Below, piece after piece: positions 9,537-19,258 of a stretch of DNA of 35,050 bases. Below the pieces are notes generated by a model, which did not search any database, was not told the origin of the DNA, and saw nothing but the letters and a program-made list of their open reading frames with translations. The translations under genes and the position numbers were made by a program. The stretch's first letter is position 1. Every line of letters starts with the position of its first letter. Source of the DNA: a virus; the UHGV virus genome UHGV-0197915; one strand, 5' to 3'.

Positions 9537-9561
9537 TGTCAGGGTTGGCTAAGGTCTGACA
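9537..9561 (-). promoter_or_regulatory. Candidate late-promoter dyad (TGTCAG-N13-CTGACA) upstream of FI
   Basis: Perfect 6-bp inverted repeat ~76 nt upstream of the FI start codon; the 9-mer CTGACACAA recurs in the O/P intergenic region. Confidence 0.35.
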
Positions 9562-9570
9562 CAACGACGG

Positions 9571-9598
9571 GAAAGGAAAAGGCGGGCAACTGCCCGCC
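9571..9598 (-). terminator. Rho-independent terminator after gene G
   Basis: GGCGGGCAACTGCCCGCC hairpin followed on the minus strand by TTTTCCTTTC. Confidence 0.55.
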
Positions 9599-9608
9599 AG
9601 ATGTCGGA

Positions 9609-10187
9609 TCAGACTGGCAGCGGCGGCCATTCAATATCCGGAGCATCCTCCGGCTGGATGCGGCTCAGTAAAACACGGTATTTTTTCCATGCAATGAGGT
9701 GCGTTTTTTCATCGTCGGTTGCCATCTCCAGATCAACGGAGTCCTGTAATGTCGCAACCGCAGTATTGGCCTGTTTAAGAAGCCTGTTTTTGTTGTTTTT
9801 CGCAGCCTCTGTCAATGCATTACGTGCAGCATCAGCATCATCAACCCATGTTTTACCATCCCATTTCTGCCACGGGTTTTCCGGCACAACCGGTGTTGTT
9901 CCTGCCGGATACTGACCCGGCTCGGTTATCTCCCTCTCATGACCTGTTTCGGTGTCATAGACAACCTCCCCCCGGTGGTCTTCAGTGATAGCCCAGCAAC
10001 CATTTTCAGTGTCATAAACCGGAATAAATCCGTCTCGGGTTTCCGGGGGCTTTTCACTGGTGCAGCAGGCGGGCAATCCGGTAAATGCCGGTATCAGGGC
10101 GTCACCTTTTCCAATAAATTCACAGGTGTCTGCACGAAAGTTATACACAGTGATAGTCCGGCTTTCTCCGGTCATTTTAAACGTCAT
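9609..10187 (-). CDS. G: Tail fiber assembly chaperone gpG
   Basis: 192 aa directly downstream of the tail fiber gene, start overlapping the H stop. Confidence 0.7.
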   Translation of the reverse strand: MTFKMTGESRTITVYNFRADTCEFIGKGDALIPAFTGLPACCTSEKPPETRDGFIPVYDTENGCWAITEDHRGEVVYDTETGHEREITEPGQYPAGTTPVVPENPWQKWDGKTWVDDADAARNALTEAAKNNKNRLLKQANTAVATLQDSVDLEMATDDEKTHLIAWKKYRVLLSRIQPEDAPDIEWPPLPV

Positions 10188-11872
10188 TATGCGAGTCTCA
10201 CGATATAGTTAAAGGCGATGTTTTTGATGGTGTTTTCTGCATTACCCGACGCGGCGATCGTAATGGTGTGACCGTGTGCGCCAATAGCAACGGAGTGCGA
10301 GTGTGCGCCAATCCCGACATTATGATTGTGGGCACCAATCGCCACGGTATGCGCGTGATTACCTGCAGTTGATGTTGTTTTCGTTCCCGTCGCTATTTCG
10401 TTACCGTCGGCGGCCTGTCCCCCGGCCTGATCTCCCCGGTGTACGGTAAAAGTGTGCGCATGGTTGCCGGTTGCATTAGTGGTTTTTGTCCCGTAGTCAA
10501 AGGTCGTGGTGGTTTTCGTTCCGTGGTCAAAAGCACTGGTGGTTTTCGTCCCTAAATCGGTGCTCGATGCGCTGGCACCGTGGGCGTGCGATTTAATGCC
10601 GTCCTGCTCCTGAGACAAAATAGCGCGCCCACTTGCGGGTTTACCTTTGATTGTCCAGCCCCGCATATCAGGAATAACACCCGATGGGTACACCACAGCA
10701 AGCAGCGGATACGCGGCTTTATCAAAAGTTTGTCCCTGCATGACGGCATAGCCAGCAGGAACACTGTCAGACGGCCACGCAACGGGAGCGCCTACCGGAA
10801 AAACATCATCAGGCGTCCACGGTGTCCATGCGCCTGTTGAATACTGGCTGCGCGAGTAGCTCCGGGAGCTGTTATAAACCCGGTATACCTGAGTCACTCC
10901 GGCATTTTTATAAATGACCAGCGTCCCGGCGTTATTTTCAGGGTAATGTCTGGCGGCTGAGGTATTAGAATTCGCTGGCTGAAAGTAAATACCCGGCGTT
11001 TTAAGGGTGTCTAAATCCTCCGTTATCAGCCCAATAGCCTGGTCGTCGAAAATATCCTGCGAGGTGACACTGGTGTCAGCATTCAGGGAGTGTCCGTTAA
11101 TTTTGCGCGAGGAAGGAACGCGGCCATCAGCATTATCATTCGCCGCTTTCACCGCTTTTGGCGTTGCGGCGAGCGTCTCAGACACGCTGTCGATGGCGCT
11201 ACTGAGCTGAACAATCCCTTTCTGCGCCGTGGTCGCGTCCTGAGCCGAGTATTTACCTTTCGCAAGGTCATACGCCGCCTTAACCGCTTTCGGTGTCGCG
11301 GCGAGCGCCTCAGACGTGCTGTCGGTCGCACTGCTTAACTGCGTGAACCCTTTTTCTTTCAGCGTGGCGTCAGGATGGCGGCGGGACTGCTCATGCTCTG
11401 CGAGTTTGTCGTCGACATAATCCTGCGTCGCCATCACCAGCGTGGTATCGATGGACAACTCGACCGTGTCGATATCACTCACCATGATCACCATACGCAG
11501 CGTCTGCGCACGACCTGATCCTTCCGCCAGCTCGGGTTTGTAGCTTTCGGCCATATTGCCGACCGCAATCAGCGTGCCGGTGTCATCGTAAAGCCCCATT
11601 TCACGCAGCCAGAAACCGCCGGTCTCCGGGGGGATCACCAGCTCCGCCACGACATAATTTTTATGTTTTTTGTCCTGGCTGATTTTGTTCAGGACATGAC
11701 GCCAGACCTCATTGACGAGTTTTGTCTGGCTGGCGTCCGGTTCGGGCAGTTTTCCGCCGCCGTCCCCGACGGCCATCACAGCAAAATTGACTTTCTTCCC
11801 GTTCGGGAGCGTCGCCGCCGCCAGTTTTTCCGCACCGGCTCGGGTGATAACGGTTTTATATTTCACTGTCAT
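10187..11872 (-). CDS. H: Tail fiber protein gpH
   Basis: 561 aa; internal duplicated [11 protein letters not shown] segments; C-terminal His-rich GxHxH repeats. Confidence 0.85.
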   Translation of the reverse strand: MTVKYKTVITRAGAEKLAAATLPNGKKVNFAVMAVGDGGGKLPEPDASQTKLVNEVWRHVLNKISQDKKHKNYVVAELVIPPETGGFWLREMGLYDDTGTLIAVGNMAESYKPELAEGSGRAQTLRMVIMVSDIDTVELSIDTTLVMATQDYVDDKLAEHEQSRRHPDATLKEKGFTQLSSATDSTSEALAATPKAVKAAYDLAKGKYSAQDATTAQKGIVQLSSAIDSVSETLAATPKAVKAANDNADGRVPSSRKINGHSLNADTSVTSQDIFDDQAIGLITEDLDTLKTPGIYFQPANSNTSAARHYPENNAGTLVIYKNAGVTQVYRVYNSSRSYSRSQYSTGAWTPWTPDDVFPVGAPVAWPSDSVPAGYAVMQGQTFDKAAYPLLAVVYPSGVIPDMRGWTIKGKPASGRAILSQEQDGIKSHAHGASASSTDLGTKTTSAFDHGTKTTTTFDYGTKTTNATGNHAHTFTVHRGDQAGGQAADGNEIATGTKTTSTAGNHAHTVAIGAHNHNVGIGAHSHSVAIGAHGHTITIAASGNAENTIKNIAFNYIVRLA

Positions 11873-11883
11873 TGTGTTCTCAC

Positions 11884-12414
11884 TTATCCGGGGTAAACCG
11901 TGATGATGTCGCCGTCCCAGGTCAGGGCTCCGGTGAAGAGATAACCCGGTATGTCCTGGATAATATTCAGGCCAATAAGATGGCGGCTGGCTGGCTTTGC
12001 ATCGGCAATCAGCCTTTCCATTTCGTAATACATTTCCTCGGTGATACCGGTCTCCAGCACGCCGATATCAAGGCGAAACGTGCCCGGGGGGTCGTTCGTC
12101 TCCCACCACTCCGTCACGTTAATCAGATACCCGAGCGGCTCGACCACACGACGCACCGCACCTATCGTCCCTTTATGCGCATGGATAAACCACGTGCTGC
12201 GGATAACCTCGCGTTTGGTTTCTTCCGGCCAGCTCTCATCCCAGCGATCAACCGAAAACGCCCAGGCCAGCCACGGCAGCAGATTTGCGGGGCAGTTGTC
12301 AGGGTTCCATAGACGACGCAGCGGGACGGGCGTATTTTCGATATCCGCGCAGGCGCGCGCCGCCGCCACCTCAAGCGGCGACGAGCCCACCGGCAGCAGA
12401 CGAGTATCACTCAT
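11884..12414 (-). CDS. I: Baseplate protein gpI
   Basis: 176 aa at the P2 I position. Confidence 0.8.
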   Translation of the reverse strand: MSDTRLLPVGSSPLEVAAARACADIENTPVPLRRLWNPDNCPANLLPWLAWAFSVDRWDESWPEETKREVIRSTWFIHAHKGTIGAVRRVVEPLGYLINVTEWWETNDPPGTFRLDIGVLETGITEEMYYEMERLIADAKPASRHLIGLNIIQDIPGYLFTGALTWDGDIITVYPG

Positions 12415-13315
12415 CGTTGCCCCCGATGTTTACGCTGTAAGCAGTGCAATATGACGCCTGTGTCTCATTGAGTACGATGTCAGCGACCGGCGCGACAAGT
12501 TCGACACGCTGCACCCCCTCGACGTGAAGCGCGGCATAGATGGCAGACTTGCGGATATCGCGCCCGAGCCGGTGCTGCGCGTTGATATAAGCCTGCAGCT
12601 TCGCTTTTGCCGCACTGAGCACCGGCTCGCTTTCGGGGCCGGGATAAAGATAAAGCGCGGCATCGATGGTGTAGTCGACAATGACCGCCGACTGCACGGT
12701 CACGCGGTCAGCAACCGGCCTCACATCCTCATCGTTGAGAGCATTACGCACCACGGCGAGCAGTTCCCCGGATGCCGCGCCGTTATTCTCCCGGGACAGT
12801 ACCGACACGGTCACGCAGGCAGGCTGCGGGCTGATAACAGAAATATCGGCGACCCGCCCGTCAGCACTGCGGCCATGAAACTGATACGCACCGGTCGACC
12901 CGGCCACGCTCATTCCCTCAAAAGCCTGTTGAATTCGCAGACGGTAATCGGTGTCCGATTCCATGACGGCAGGCGTTGGCGGCAGCGTGGTCTCATCAGC
13001 AGGCGTAATAACGAGACGCTCAACATTGTAATTTGCGCCGAGGTTATCAAGGTCATGACCGGCAGCGTAAGCCAGCATCACCGCCCATGCCGACTCATTC
13101 ACCCGCTGACGCCAGATAACCTCCCGATAAGCATTTTCCTGCAACAGCTTCACAATCGGCTCAGATTCAAGCGTCAGCGTACGCGCTACCGCGTCCTGTT
13201 GCTCTTCGGGATAGAGTGAGACGAGCGTCACCTTTCGCTCTGTCAGGATGGTTTCATAATCCAACTCTTCCACAACATCAGGTGCGGCGAGCTGGCTCAG
13301 GTCAACAATAGCCAT
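12407..13315 (-). CDS. J: Baseplate assembly protein gpJ
   Basis: 302 aa at the P2 J position. Confidence 0.85.
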   Translation of the reverse strand: MAIVDLSQLAAPDVVEELDYETILTERKVTLVSLYPEEQQDAVARTLTLESEPIVKLLQENAYREVIWRQRVNESAWAVMLAYAAGHDLDNLGANYNVERLVITPADETTLPPTPAVMESDTDYRLRIQQAFEGMSVAGSTGAYQFHGRSADGRVADISVISPQPACVTVSVLSRENNGAASGELLAVVRNALNDEDVRPVADRVTVQSAVIVDYTIDAALYLYPGPESEPVLSAAKAKLQAYINAQHRLGRDIRKSAIYAALHVEGVQRVELVAPVADIVLNETQASYCTAYSVNIGGNDE

Positions 13316-13320
13316 AACGT

Positions 13321-13668
13321 TTAACTCAGTGGAAGGGTGATAGAAAAAGGCTGGCCTGATGCCGAACGCGTGCCGGTCATATCGACGTACATCGCGCCGT
13401 CATCCTCTCCGCGTTCAACGGTGATGGTCGACAAACTGACGCGCGGTTCCCACCTCTGGATCGCGGAGTAGCACGCGGCCATAATCTGCAGACGCAGCGC
13501 CGGGGTCTGCGGCTGGTCAATCAGTGCAGACAACAGCGAGCCATATTCGCGGCGCATGACGCGCGAGCCCACTGGCGTGACCAGAATGTCGCGCACGCTT
13601 TGCCTGATGTGCTCAACTTCAGAAATACTGAGGCCGGTCTGGCTGTTCATTCCCAGATAACGCACCGT
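13321..13668 (-). CDS. W: Baseplate protein gpW
   Basis: Start chosen at MTVRYLG (ATG overlapping the V stop by 1 nt); ~115 aa as in P2 W. Confidence 0.75.
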   Translation of the reverse strand, partial: TVRYLGMNSQTGLSISEVEHIRQSVRDILVTPVGSRVMRREYGSLLSALIDQPQTPALRLQIMAACYSAIQRWEPRVSLSTITVERGEDDGAMYVDMTGTRSASGQPFSITLPLS

Positions 13669-14309
13669 CATTTGACCCCCTTCGTCCAGTTTCCGCCCGG
13701 CTCCACGCCACCATGATCGTGGGCATCGACCTGCACGCCGTTTGAGGTAAATTTCCCTTCGGTGTGCTCGATGTTCCCCGACATCGTCCCGCCTTTTTTC
13801 ACTTCGAGCGTGCCGGTGATGAGCTTGTTGGTACACACCACCTCGGGAGTATCGAGGGTAATGCGGGTTTCGGCTTTCACCAGCACCACCGGCACGATGG
13901 CGGTAATGGACTCCGACGCGGTAACGTCGGCGGTTTTAATACCGGATACGGTGAGCGCCCCGTTTTCGGGTTCGTACTCGATAACCACCCCGTCAGGAAA
14001 AGTGACGTGAAACGCATCGGACGAGGCCGACGGCGCAGGATGGTCATCAGAGAAAATGCCGGGCAGCACAAAGGCTGTGTCCAGCTCGCCACCAATGGCA
14101 AGAATGAGCACCTGCTCGCCAACAGAAGGAGCCCACCACACCCGCGAGCGGCCGGCGCGGCAGGTCAGCCAGTTAAGCCAGGTGGTTTGCATCCCGCCGG
14201 TCTGTACACGACAAAGCCCCTCGACGGGGTCGACGTCGGTCACAATGCCGGTGCGGATAAGGTTGCGGATCGCCCGAGCGATTTCCTGTAAAGAATTTAA
14301 ATTATTCAT
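13668..14309 (-). CDS. V: Baseplate spike/assembly protein gpV
   Basis: Start chosen at MNNLNSLQEIARAIRN (213 aa); the longer ORF upstream looks like read-through. Confidence 0.75.
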   Translation of the reverse strand: MNNLNSLQEIARAIRNLIRTGIVTDVDPVEGLCRVQTGGMQTTWLNWLTCRAGRSRVWWAPSVGEQVLILAIGGELDTAFVLPGIFSDDHPAPSASSDAFHVTFPDGVVIEYEPENGALTVSGIKTADVTASESITAIVPVVLVKAETRITLDTPEVVCTNKLITGTLEVKKGGTMSGNIEHTEGKFTSNGVQVDAHDHGGVEPGGNWTKGVK

Positions 14310-14572
14310 GTGGAAAGGATGCCGACTGGAAAGGCTAGTGGCAATCAAGTGGAGTTTTATGGGAGATGAAACAACAATTATCAGCTTTAAAATATCAGTA
14401 TAATTCATCCCATTAGATTAATGAGAGCCACATAAAGGATTTATCAAATAGCAAAACTTAGAAATGAAATAAATCTCATAGACATTTCATCATGATATAA
14501 AATTATTTTCCGAACTCTTACCAAAGCAGATATGGGGCTAAATTATCAAACAGCCCCACGAATATTAAAACA

Positions 14573-15154
14573 TTATTTTCCACAAACCATATTATCTATC
14601 GCGGCCATATAGGATACAAACAGATCTACATAACCACTTACGTCAGTGAGACTAATATCATTTGCATTGTCGTTATGATGAATAATGTTATTTCTCTTTA
14701 CAACCACTGCATTCACAACATCCTTATTCGCATTAAATTCCGCCGAATTCAAAAGATTAACACCCAAATAAGAAAATGCCTTAATCGTCTTGTAAGGATT
14801 ACCAGATAGGCTATCCGACACCTCACTTTTATCAACCTTTAAATCAGCATCTATATATTTCAACTCCTTATCTTTAACATCTTTTTTGACTCGCCAAAGC
14901 AAAAAATTGTGTGGCAAGCAGGCTGCTTTAAGCCTGCGATTGATGGTATCGCAGTGCCATGTTGCAACCTCAGTCAAATACGACTCTAAATAAGTGCAGA
15001 GTGTAATAAGATACGATTTAACAAAAAAATTAATGTTCTTATTGAAGAATTCATTTTCCTCAAGGATAGCCTGTTGCTCCGTCTCCTTAATAATTTCTTT
15101 TAAGGATAAAAATAATGAACGATATCCATCATAGTATTCAGTATTTTCCATCAA
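14573..15154 (-). CDS. HEPN-like protein (RNxxxH motif), predicted RNase-type effector
   Basis: 193 aa, AT-rich; KRNNIIHH matches the HEPN Rx4-6H signature; overlaps the upstream DUF262 gene by 17 nt. Confidence 0.5.
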   Translation of the reverse strand: MMENTEYYDGYRSLFLSLKEIIKETEQQAILEENEFFNKNINFFVKSYLITLCTYLESYLTEVATWHCDTINRRLKAACLPHNFLLWRVKKDVKDKELKYIDADLKVDKSEVSDSLSGNPYKTIKAFSYLGVNLLNSAEFNANKDVVNAVVVKRNNIIHHNDNANDISLTDVSGYVDLFVSYMAAIDNMVCGK

Positions 15155-16187
15155 TAACTTCCTTAAGAAGTGCCACCCAACTAGCCCTACGCTTCATCAC
15201 CGAACTCTTATTCTGTAGCCCACCTGATAAAGTTTTTTTGAACTCAGCACTTGAACAAAGAGTAAACCAAGCATTCCGTATTTGTTCGGACTTTTCATTT
15301 ACAATATCATCATTTAACTTGCCAATTGTAGGCATTAAAATGTCATAATGAACTAACCCTTTACGTTTTCTCCTAACTGTAGGGTTTGTAAATACATCTT
15401 CACCAAATATTTTTTCACACTTAGATAATGATGTTTTGAATCTCTCCCTCATAATATTCAGTTCATCATCTTTTAAGTCTGAAAATTTTTCCATATGATC
15501 ATCCAAGAATTCTTTCAAGGAGCTATCAAAGTAATCAAAAAAGTTATCTTCATAAAATGCAAAAAAACGCAAAACTTGTTCGTCTGGCTCACGACTATCT
15601 CTTTTTACTGTAGTTGTTTCCGCCAAACCAAAATTTTTAATGGCATCAATATTACCTAACTCTTCTAATAATTCATCAAACCCTCCCGGATATAACGCAT
15701 GTCTTATTTCTTGGTCAGAAAGTTTAACTGCCCCCTGATTGAGTCTAGAAAATATCTCTCTTATTAATTTTTTGGGATTTTCTTTTCTTAGAACAATGCA
15801 TCTTATTGTTGTCGACTCTAACTCTGAACGTAGAGATCCTAATTCAGAAAACTTTTTCCCTTCAAGCTCTTTAAATGTAGTCATTCCCTCCAAAGCGAAC
15901 TCGTCATCAAAAAATTTCTGTATTGTGGTTAATCGCTGAACACCATCAATTACAATATGATTGCCGCTATCATCTTCTGCAAAGTAACAAGATGGAAGAG
16001 GAATACGCATTAAACAAGATTCAATGAATTTTGAAGATCGCAGCCATCCGTCCTGATCCCATTTGTACTTTCTTTGAAAGTCTGGATTCAGTTTTAGTTT
16101 GATGGGATTGGACTTCATCCTAGAACATAAAGTCTCAAATGGATAATCTATGGGGAATAAATTCAATGTTTTATCATCGTTAGACAT
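15138..16187 (-). CDS. DUF262 (ParB/GmrS-like NTP-binding) domain protein
   Basis: 349 aa; N-terminal PDFQRKYKWD … IDGVQRLTT motifs characteristic of DUF262; AT-rich cargo gene between S and V. Confidence 0.6.
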   Translation of the reverse strand: MSNDDKTLNLFPIDYPFETLCSRMKSNPIKLKLNPDFQRKYKWDQDGWLRSSKFIESCLMRIPLPSCYFAEDDSGNHIVIDGVQRLTTIQKFFDDEFALEGMTTFKELEGKKFSELGSLRSELESTTIRCIVLRKENPKKLIREIFSRLNQGAVKLSDQEIRHALYPGGFDELLEELGNIDAIKNFGLAETTTVKRDSREPDEQVLRFFAFYEDNFFDYFDSSLKEFLDDHMEKFSDLKDDELNIMRERFKTSLSKCEKIFGEDVFTNPTVRRKRKGLVHYDILMPTIGKLNDDIVNEKSEQIRNAWFTLCSSAEFKKTLSGGLQNKSSVMKRRASWVALLKEVIDGKY

Positions 16188-16322
16188 GCTTCAATCCTTG
16201 TAAGTAAAAGCTTAAAAAATCAACGAGGTAGCAGACAACAACAATATTTACCATTTTTTATGATTAAGGTCAAAAGGTCGGTAAGCTAGGATTCGTCTTA
16301 TGAGACTTGCAACCGTAAATAG

Positions 16323-16769
16323 TCAATTTAGATGTTCAATAACCAATTTTTCAATCAACAAATTGTCTCTAAAGTCAACACCAAGCAACTGCCGTTCTGG
16401 GTATTGCACGTCCTGAGCATGTGGGTTTGGCCGGTCTTTAAGTCCGAGCTGATGAATCTGAGCAATGCGTTGCACCTTGCCGGTAAACTCGACCACCGCT
16501 GCATCATCGCGGCCTCTGGCTTTCATGTAGCGGTTCGTTCGCAACTTCTGAAACATCGTCCGCTTAATACGCCCTTTCTTCGCTCTGAGCGGCTGGCGTT
16601 TTCGCGCCTGATACGGCGTGCCATCAGGCGCTTTTTGCTGTTTGATGCGTTGCTGTTGCGATCTGCGCATTTGCTTTGCTATTTCAGCGGCCAGCTTGCG
16701 CCGACCCGCCGGTGATATTGCCGCAATCAGTCCCGCCAGTTTGTCATCAAAAGGTTTAAATTCATTCAT
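16323..16769 (-). CDS. S: Tail completion protein gpS
   Basis: 148 aa at the P2 S position. Confidence 0.8.
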   Translation of the reverse strand: MNEFKPFDDKLAGLIAAISPAGRRKLAAEIAKQMRRSQQQRIKQQKAPDGTPYQARKRQPLRAKKGRIKRTMFQKLRTNRYMKARGRDDAAVVEFTGKVQRIAQIHQLGLKDRPNPHAQDVQYPERQLLGVDFRDNLLIEKLVIEHLN

Positions 16770-17229
16770 CCCATTTGCTCACCAGCTCACCATTGATATA
16801 CAGCTCAGTCGGTCGCGTCATCGGCTCGGGTAATGGAGGCTCAGGCGCGTAGCTAACGTGCAGCGCGCCGTTTTCGTCCCTGACGAGGGTGCGCTCGGTC
16901 AGTTGCAGGCTGATACTGATATCAACATTATCCCCGTCGTTTAAATCCATCTGGAATCGATAGCCCTTTTTGCGCCCCTCATCCAGCGTGCAGATATCCG
17001 GCTGGTTCTCTCGCAGCCATGCCGCCACCGGCACAAAAATCAGGTCAGGGTCGCCAACAAAATCGCAGACGATCACATTCAGGGTGTAGTTCTTTTCGTG
17101 CGACAGCGAGGCCGCGAGACGCGCATCGATATTTCCCTCATCGGCAAAGATACGCATCATTTCGGGGTTGTTTTTTAGCTGTGGTACGGCGTCAGTGAGT
17201 GCCTGGCGCAGGCTTTTCATTTTCTGCAT
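16762..17229 (-). CDS. R: Tail completion protein gpR
   Basis: 155 aa at the P2 R position. Confidence 0.8.
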   Translation of the reverse strand: MQKMKSLRQALTDAVPQLKNNPEMMRIFADEGNIDARLAASLSHEKNYTLNVIVCDFVGDPDLIFVPVAAWLRENQPDICTLDEGRKKGYRFQMDLNDGDNVDISISLQLTERTLVRDENGALHVSYAPEPPLPEPMTRPTELYINGELVSKWDE

Positions 17230-17482
17230 CGATTTTATCCTGGCAGTCTTTGATGGTTTCGACCTTTATCGCGCAGGCGGTGAGCGCGTGCTCAAGCCTG
17301 CGAATATCGGCACTCAGGTCGCCGTTAGTCGTGGGCTCGCTTCCCGGCATCGGGCAGAGGCTCACCTTCGGGCAGGCGTTGTAAACAATGACCGGCGGAG
17401 ACGCAGCCGGTGCGGGTGTGCAACCGGCGCACAGCATCAGGCAAATCAGCGCTATACCAGCGGCGCAAATCCTCGTTTTCAT
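17192..17482 (-). CDS. lysC: LysC (o-spanin, Rz1-like lipoprotein) embedded out of frame in lysB
   Basis: MKTRICAAGIALICLMLCAGC lipobox signal; Pro-rich; overlaps the lysB 3' end in another frame. Confidence 0.55.
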   Translation of the reverse strand: MKTRICAAGIALICLMLCAGCTPAPAASPPVIVYNACPKVSLCPMPGSEPTTNGDLSADIRRLEHALTACAIKVETIKDCQDKIDAENEKPAPGTH

Positions 17483-17750
17483 TCATCAGCCTCGTTATGG
17501 TTTGTTCGCGCCTTGCCGCCAGCTCACCGGCGGCGTTCAGCTCGTCACTGAGCCTGACCTGCGCAGCTTCATTCGTCCTGGCGATTCGCTGCGATACGGC
17601 AAACTGATTTTTCAGCATGCCAATCGTCGTCTTTTGCTCGCTGGCGACCCTGTTCGCTTTTTCGAATGATCGGGATAAATTTGCGTTGTCATGACGCAGC
17701 CACAGCACCACGGCGAGCAGCCCGGCCAGCAGAATAATCAGCACTTTCAT
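17325..17750 (-). CDS. lysB: LysB (i-spanin, Rz-like)
   Basis: Start at MKVLIILLAGLLAVVLW (N-terminal transmembrane helix) followed by a coiled-coil region. Confidence 0.7.
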   Translation of the reverse strand: MKVLIILLAGLLAVVLWLRHDNANLSRSFEKANRVASEQKTTIGMLKNQFAVSQRIARTNEAAQVRLSDELNAAGELAARREQTITRLMNENEDLRRWYSADLPDAVRRLHTRTGCVSAGHCLQRLPEGEPLPDAGKRAHD

Positions 17751-18256
17751 TGCATCCCCTTCACGCAGTAAGCCCACTCCCGATCGCGTCGGTTTTCCAG
17801 CCCCCGGTTTCGGACACCCTTCACATACACCCAGCGGGTGAGCTGGTCGCACGCCTGCCACCACTGATGGCGTTTGATATACGAGACCAGCGTCGAACGG
17901 CAGGCCGCGCCGGTTCCCACGTTAAAGGCAAAACTGACCAGCGTGTCATAGACGCGCGGTGGCATATCCACCGGCACACAGACCGCGAGCCGTTGCTCAA
18001 CGTTGAGCACATCCGCAACGAGGTTTTCCGCCGCGCGCTGTTCGGTAATATCCCCTTTCGGGACGACACCGGCAGTGTGACCAATGCCCGACGTCCACAC
18101 TCCCGCGCTGCACTGGTAAGGCGTCAGGCGACACCCTTCGAGGTCAGCAATCAGCGCCAGCCCCTCGGGCGAGGTGTTAAGCAGACGAAAGTCAGGCACC
18201 AGTGCCGCCAGCGCCAGCACGGCGGCCACACTGCAGCGTTTAATGATTGAGCTCAC
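17747..18256 (-). CDS. K: Endolysin (lysozyme family) with N-terminal SAR-like hydrophobic segment
   Basis: CSVAAVLALAALV hydrophobic N-terminus followed by EG…GVWTSGIGHT, resembling P21-type SAR lysozymes as recalled. Confidence 0.75.
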   Translation of the reverse strand: MSSIIKRCSVAAVLALAALVPDFRLLNTSPEGLALIADLEGCRLTPYQCSAGVWTSGIGHTAGVVPKGDITEQRAAENLVADVLNVEQRLAVCVPVDMPPRVYDTLVSFAFNVGTGAACRSTLVSYIKRHQWWQACDQLTRWVYVKGVRNRGLENRRDREWAYCVKGMQ

Positions 18257-18461
18257 GTATCGCCCCCTTATCGAGTCCGAGTGATTTCAGATAGCGAAAG
18301 GTTTTGCGCTTAAACCAGTAGTTCGTCAGTGCGGTAAAAATGGCGCAGGCACTCCCCACATACAGCGCCAGCTTTTCAGGGGACATCGCCCCGAAATACG
18401 CCAGCCCCACGGCCAGCCAGTAAGCGATAAACGTCGTGATTTTTTCCACACTCAGTCCCAT
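18240..18461 (-). CDS. Y: Putative holin (two transmembrane segments)
   Basis: 73 aa with two hydrophobic helices and a charged C-terminus, immediately upstream of the endolysin. Confidence 0.55.
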   Translation of the reverse strand: MGLSVEKITTFIAYWLAVGLAYFGAMSPEKLALYVGSACAIFTALTNYWFKRKTFRYLKSLGLDKGAIRELNH

Positions 18462-18655
18462 AGATTCACCGTTTCGGTTTTCGGGGCGCTGTCGGTTTCG
18501 GGCAGTTCAATGGCCGTGCCGTGCGGCAGAATCACGCCCAGCGCTGACAGCCCCGGATTCGCCTGCAGCACCGTTTCAACGACGCCCTCAGTGCGCCCGT
18601 AATACCGGGCACAAATCGCATCGAGGGTGTCACCCTGCATCGCGTAAACCTTCAT
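18452..18655 (-). CDS. X: Tail protein gpX (LysM-like)
   Basis: Start at MKVYAMQGDTLDAICARYYG; 67 aa as in P2 X. Confidence 0.75.
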   Translation of the reverse strand: MKVYAMQGDTLDAICARYYGRTEGVVETVLQANPGLSALGVILPHGTAIELPETDSAPKTETVNLWD

Positions 18656-19161
18656 CAGATTTGCCCGACAATACAGCGCGGCTTGTCCTGAATACGCGCC
18701 ACAGACCAGCGCATATCCCGCCACAGTTCATCGATAACCGCCTCGGTGCTTTCCGCCTTGCGGTCGCCTTTTGCCGTCGCATCGATGCCGCGATAGCGTT
18801 CAAACAGCGTTGCACTGGTCATGGCGCAGACGGCGCGGAAATAGTGGAAACAGCGCACGCTTTCACCGTCGATATCATCGGCAGGCACATCTGCCAGCGT
18901 CTGATAACCTGCGGCCATCTGGTCAACCCGCCACAGGGCAAGCTCTGCATTGGTTTCGGCCATACCGGCTTTAATCGCATCATTCAGGCGCAGCGGGGAA
19001 ACGGTCTGCTCCAGACGCATCAGCTCACGCACGCGCTTCGGATCAACATCAGGAAAAAAGAAGGTGTTTTTAATTACCGGCTCGCTCACGCCCGGTGGCG
19101 GTATCACCACGCCCGGCACGTCCTGCGGCTCTTTTTTTGGCTCAATAATCACTGTCGTCAT
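18655..19161 (-). CDS. L: Head completion protein gpL
   Basis: Start at MTTVIIEPKK (169 aa, the P2 L length). Confidence 0.8.
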   Translation of the reverse strand: MTTVIIEPKKEPQDVPGVVIPPPGVSEPVIKNTFFFPDVDPKRVRELMRLEQTVSPLRLNDAIKAGMAETNAELALWRVDQMAAGYQTLADVPADDIDGESVRCFHYFRAVCAMTSATLFERYRGIDATAKGDRKAESTEAVIDELWRDMRWSVARIQDKPRCIVGQI

Positions 19162-19258
19162 GACAACCTCGGGTAATGGGTGGGCGGTGGACGCCGGTCG
19201 CAGTTGCGGTGAATCACCGACATTGACCGGCGTGCCGCCCGGCTCGGGGAGTGCTCGG

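Noticed and set aside
9474-9608. Z/fun-type gene between G and FI, and old/tin genes after A
   Set aside because: The G-FI gap is only ~135 bp of promoter/terminator sequence and no old- or tin-like ORF is present; the accessory content of this phage sits at other positions.
13668-14408. Long 246-aa form of gpV starting at 14408
   Set aside because: The N-terminal 33 residues are hydrophobic read-through; MNNLNSLQEIARAIRN at 14309 gives the expected ~211-213 aa.
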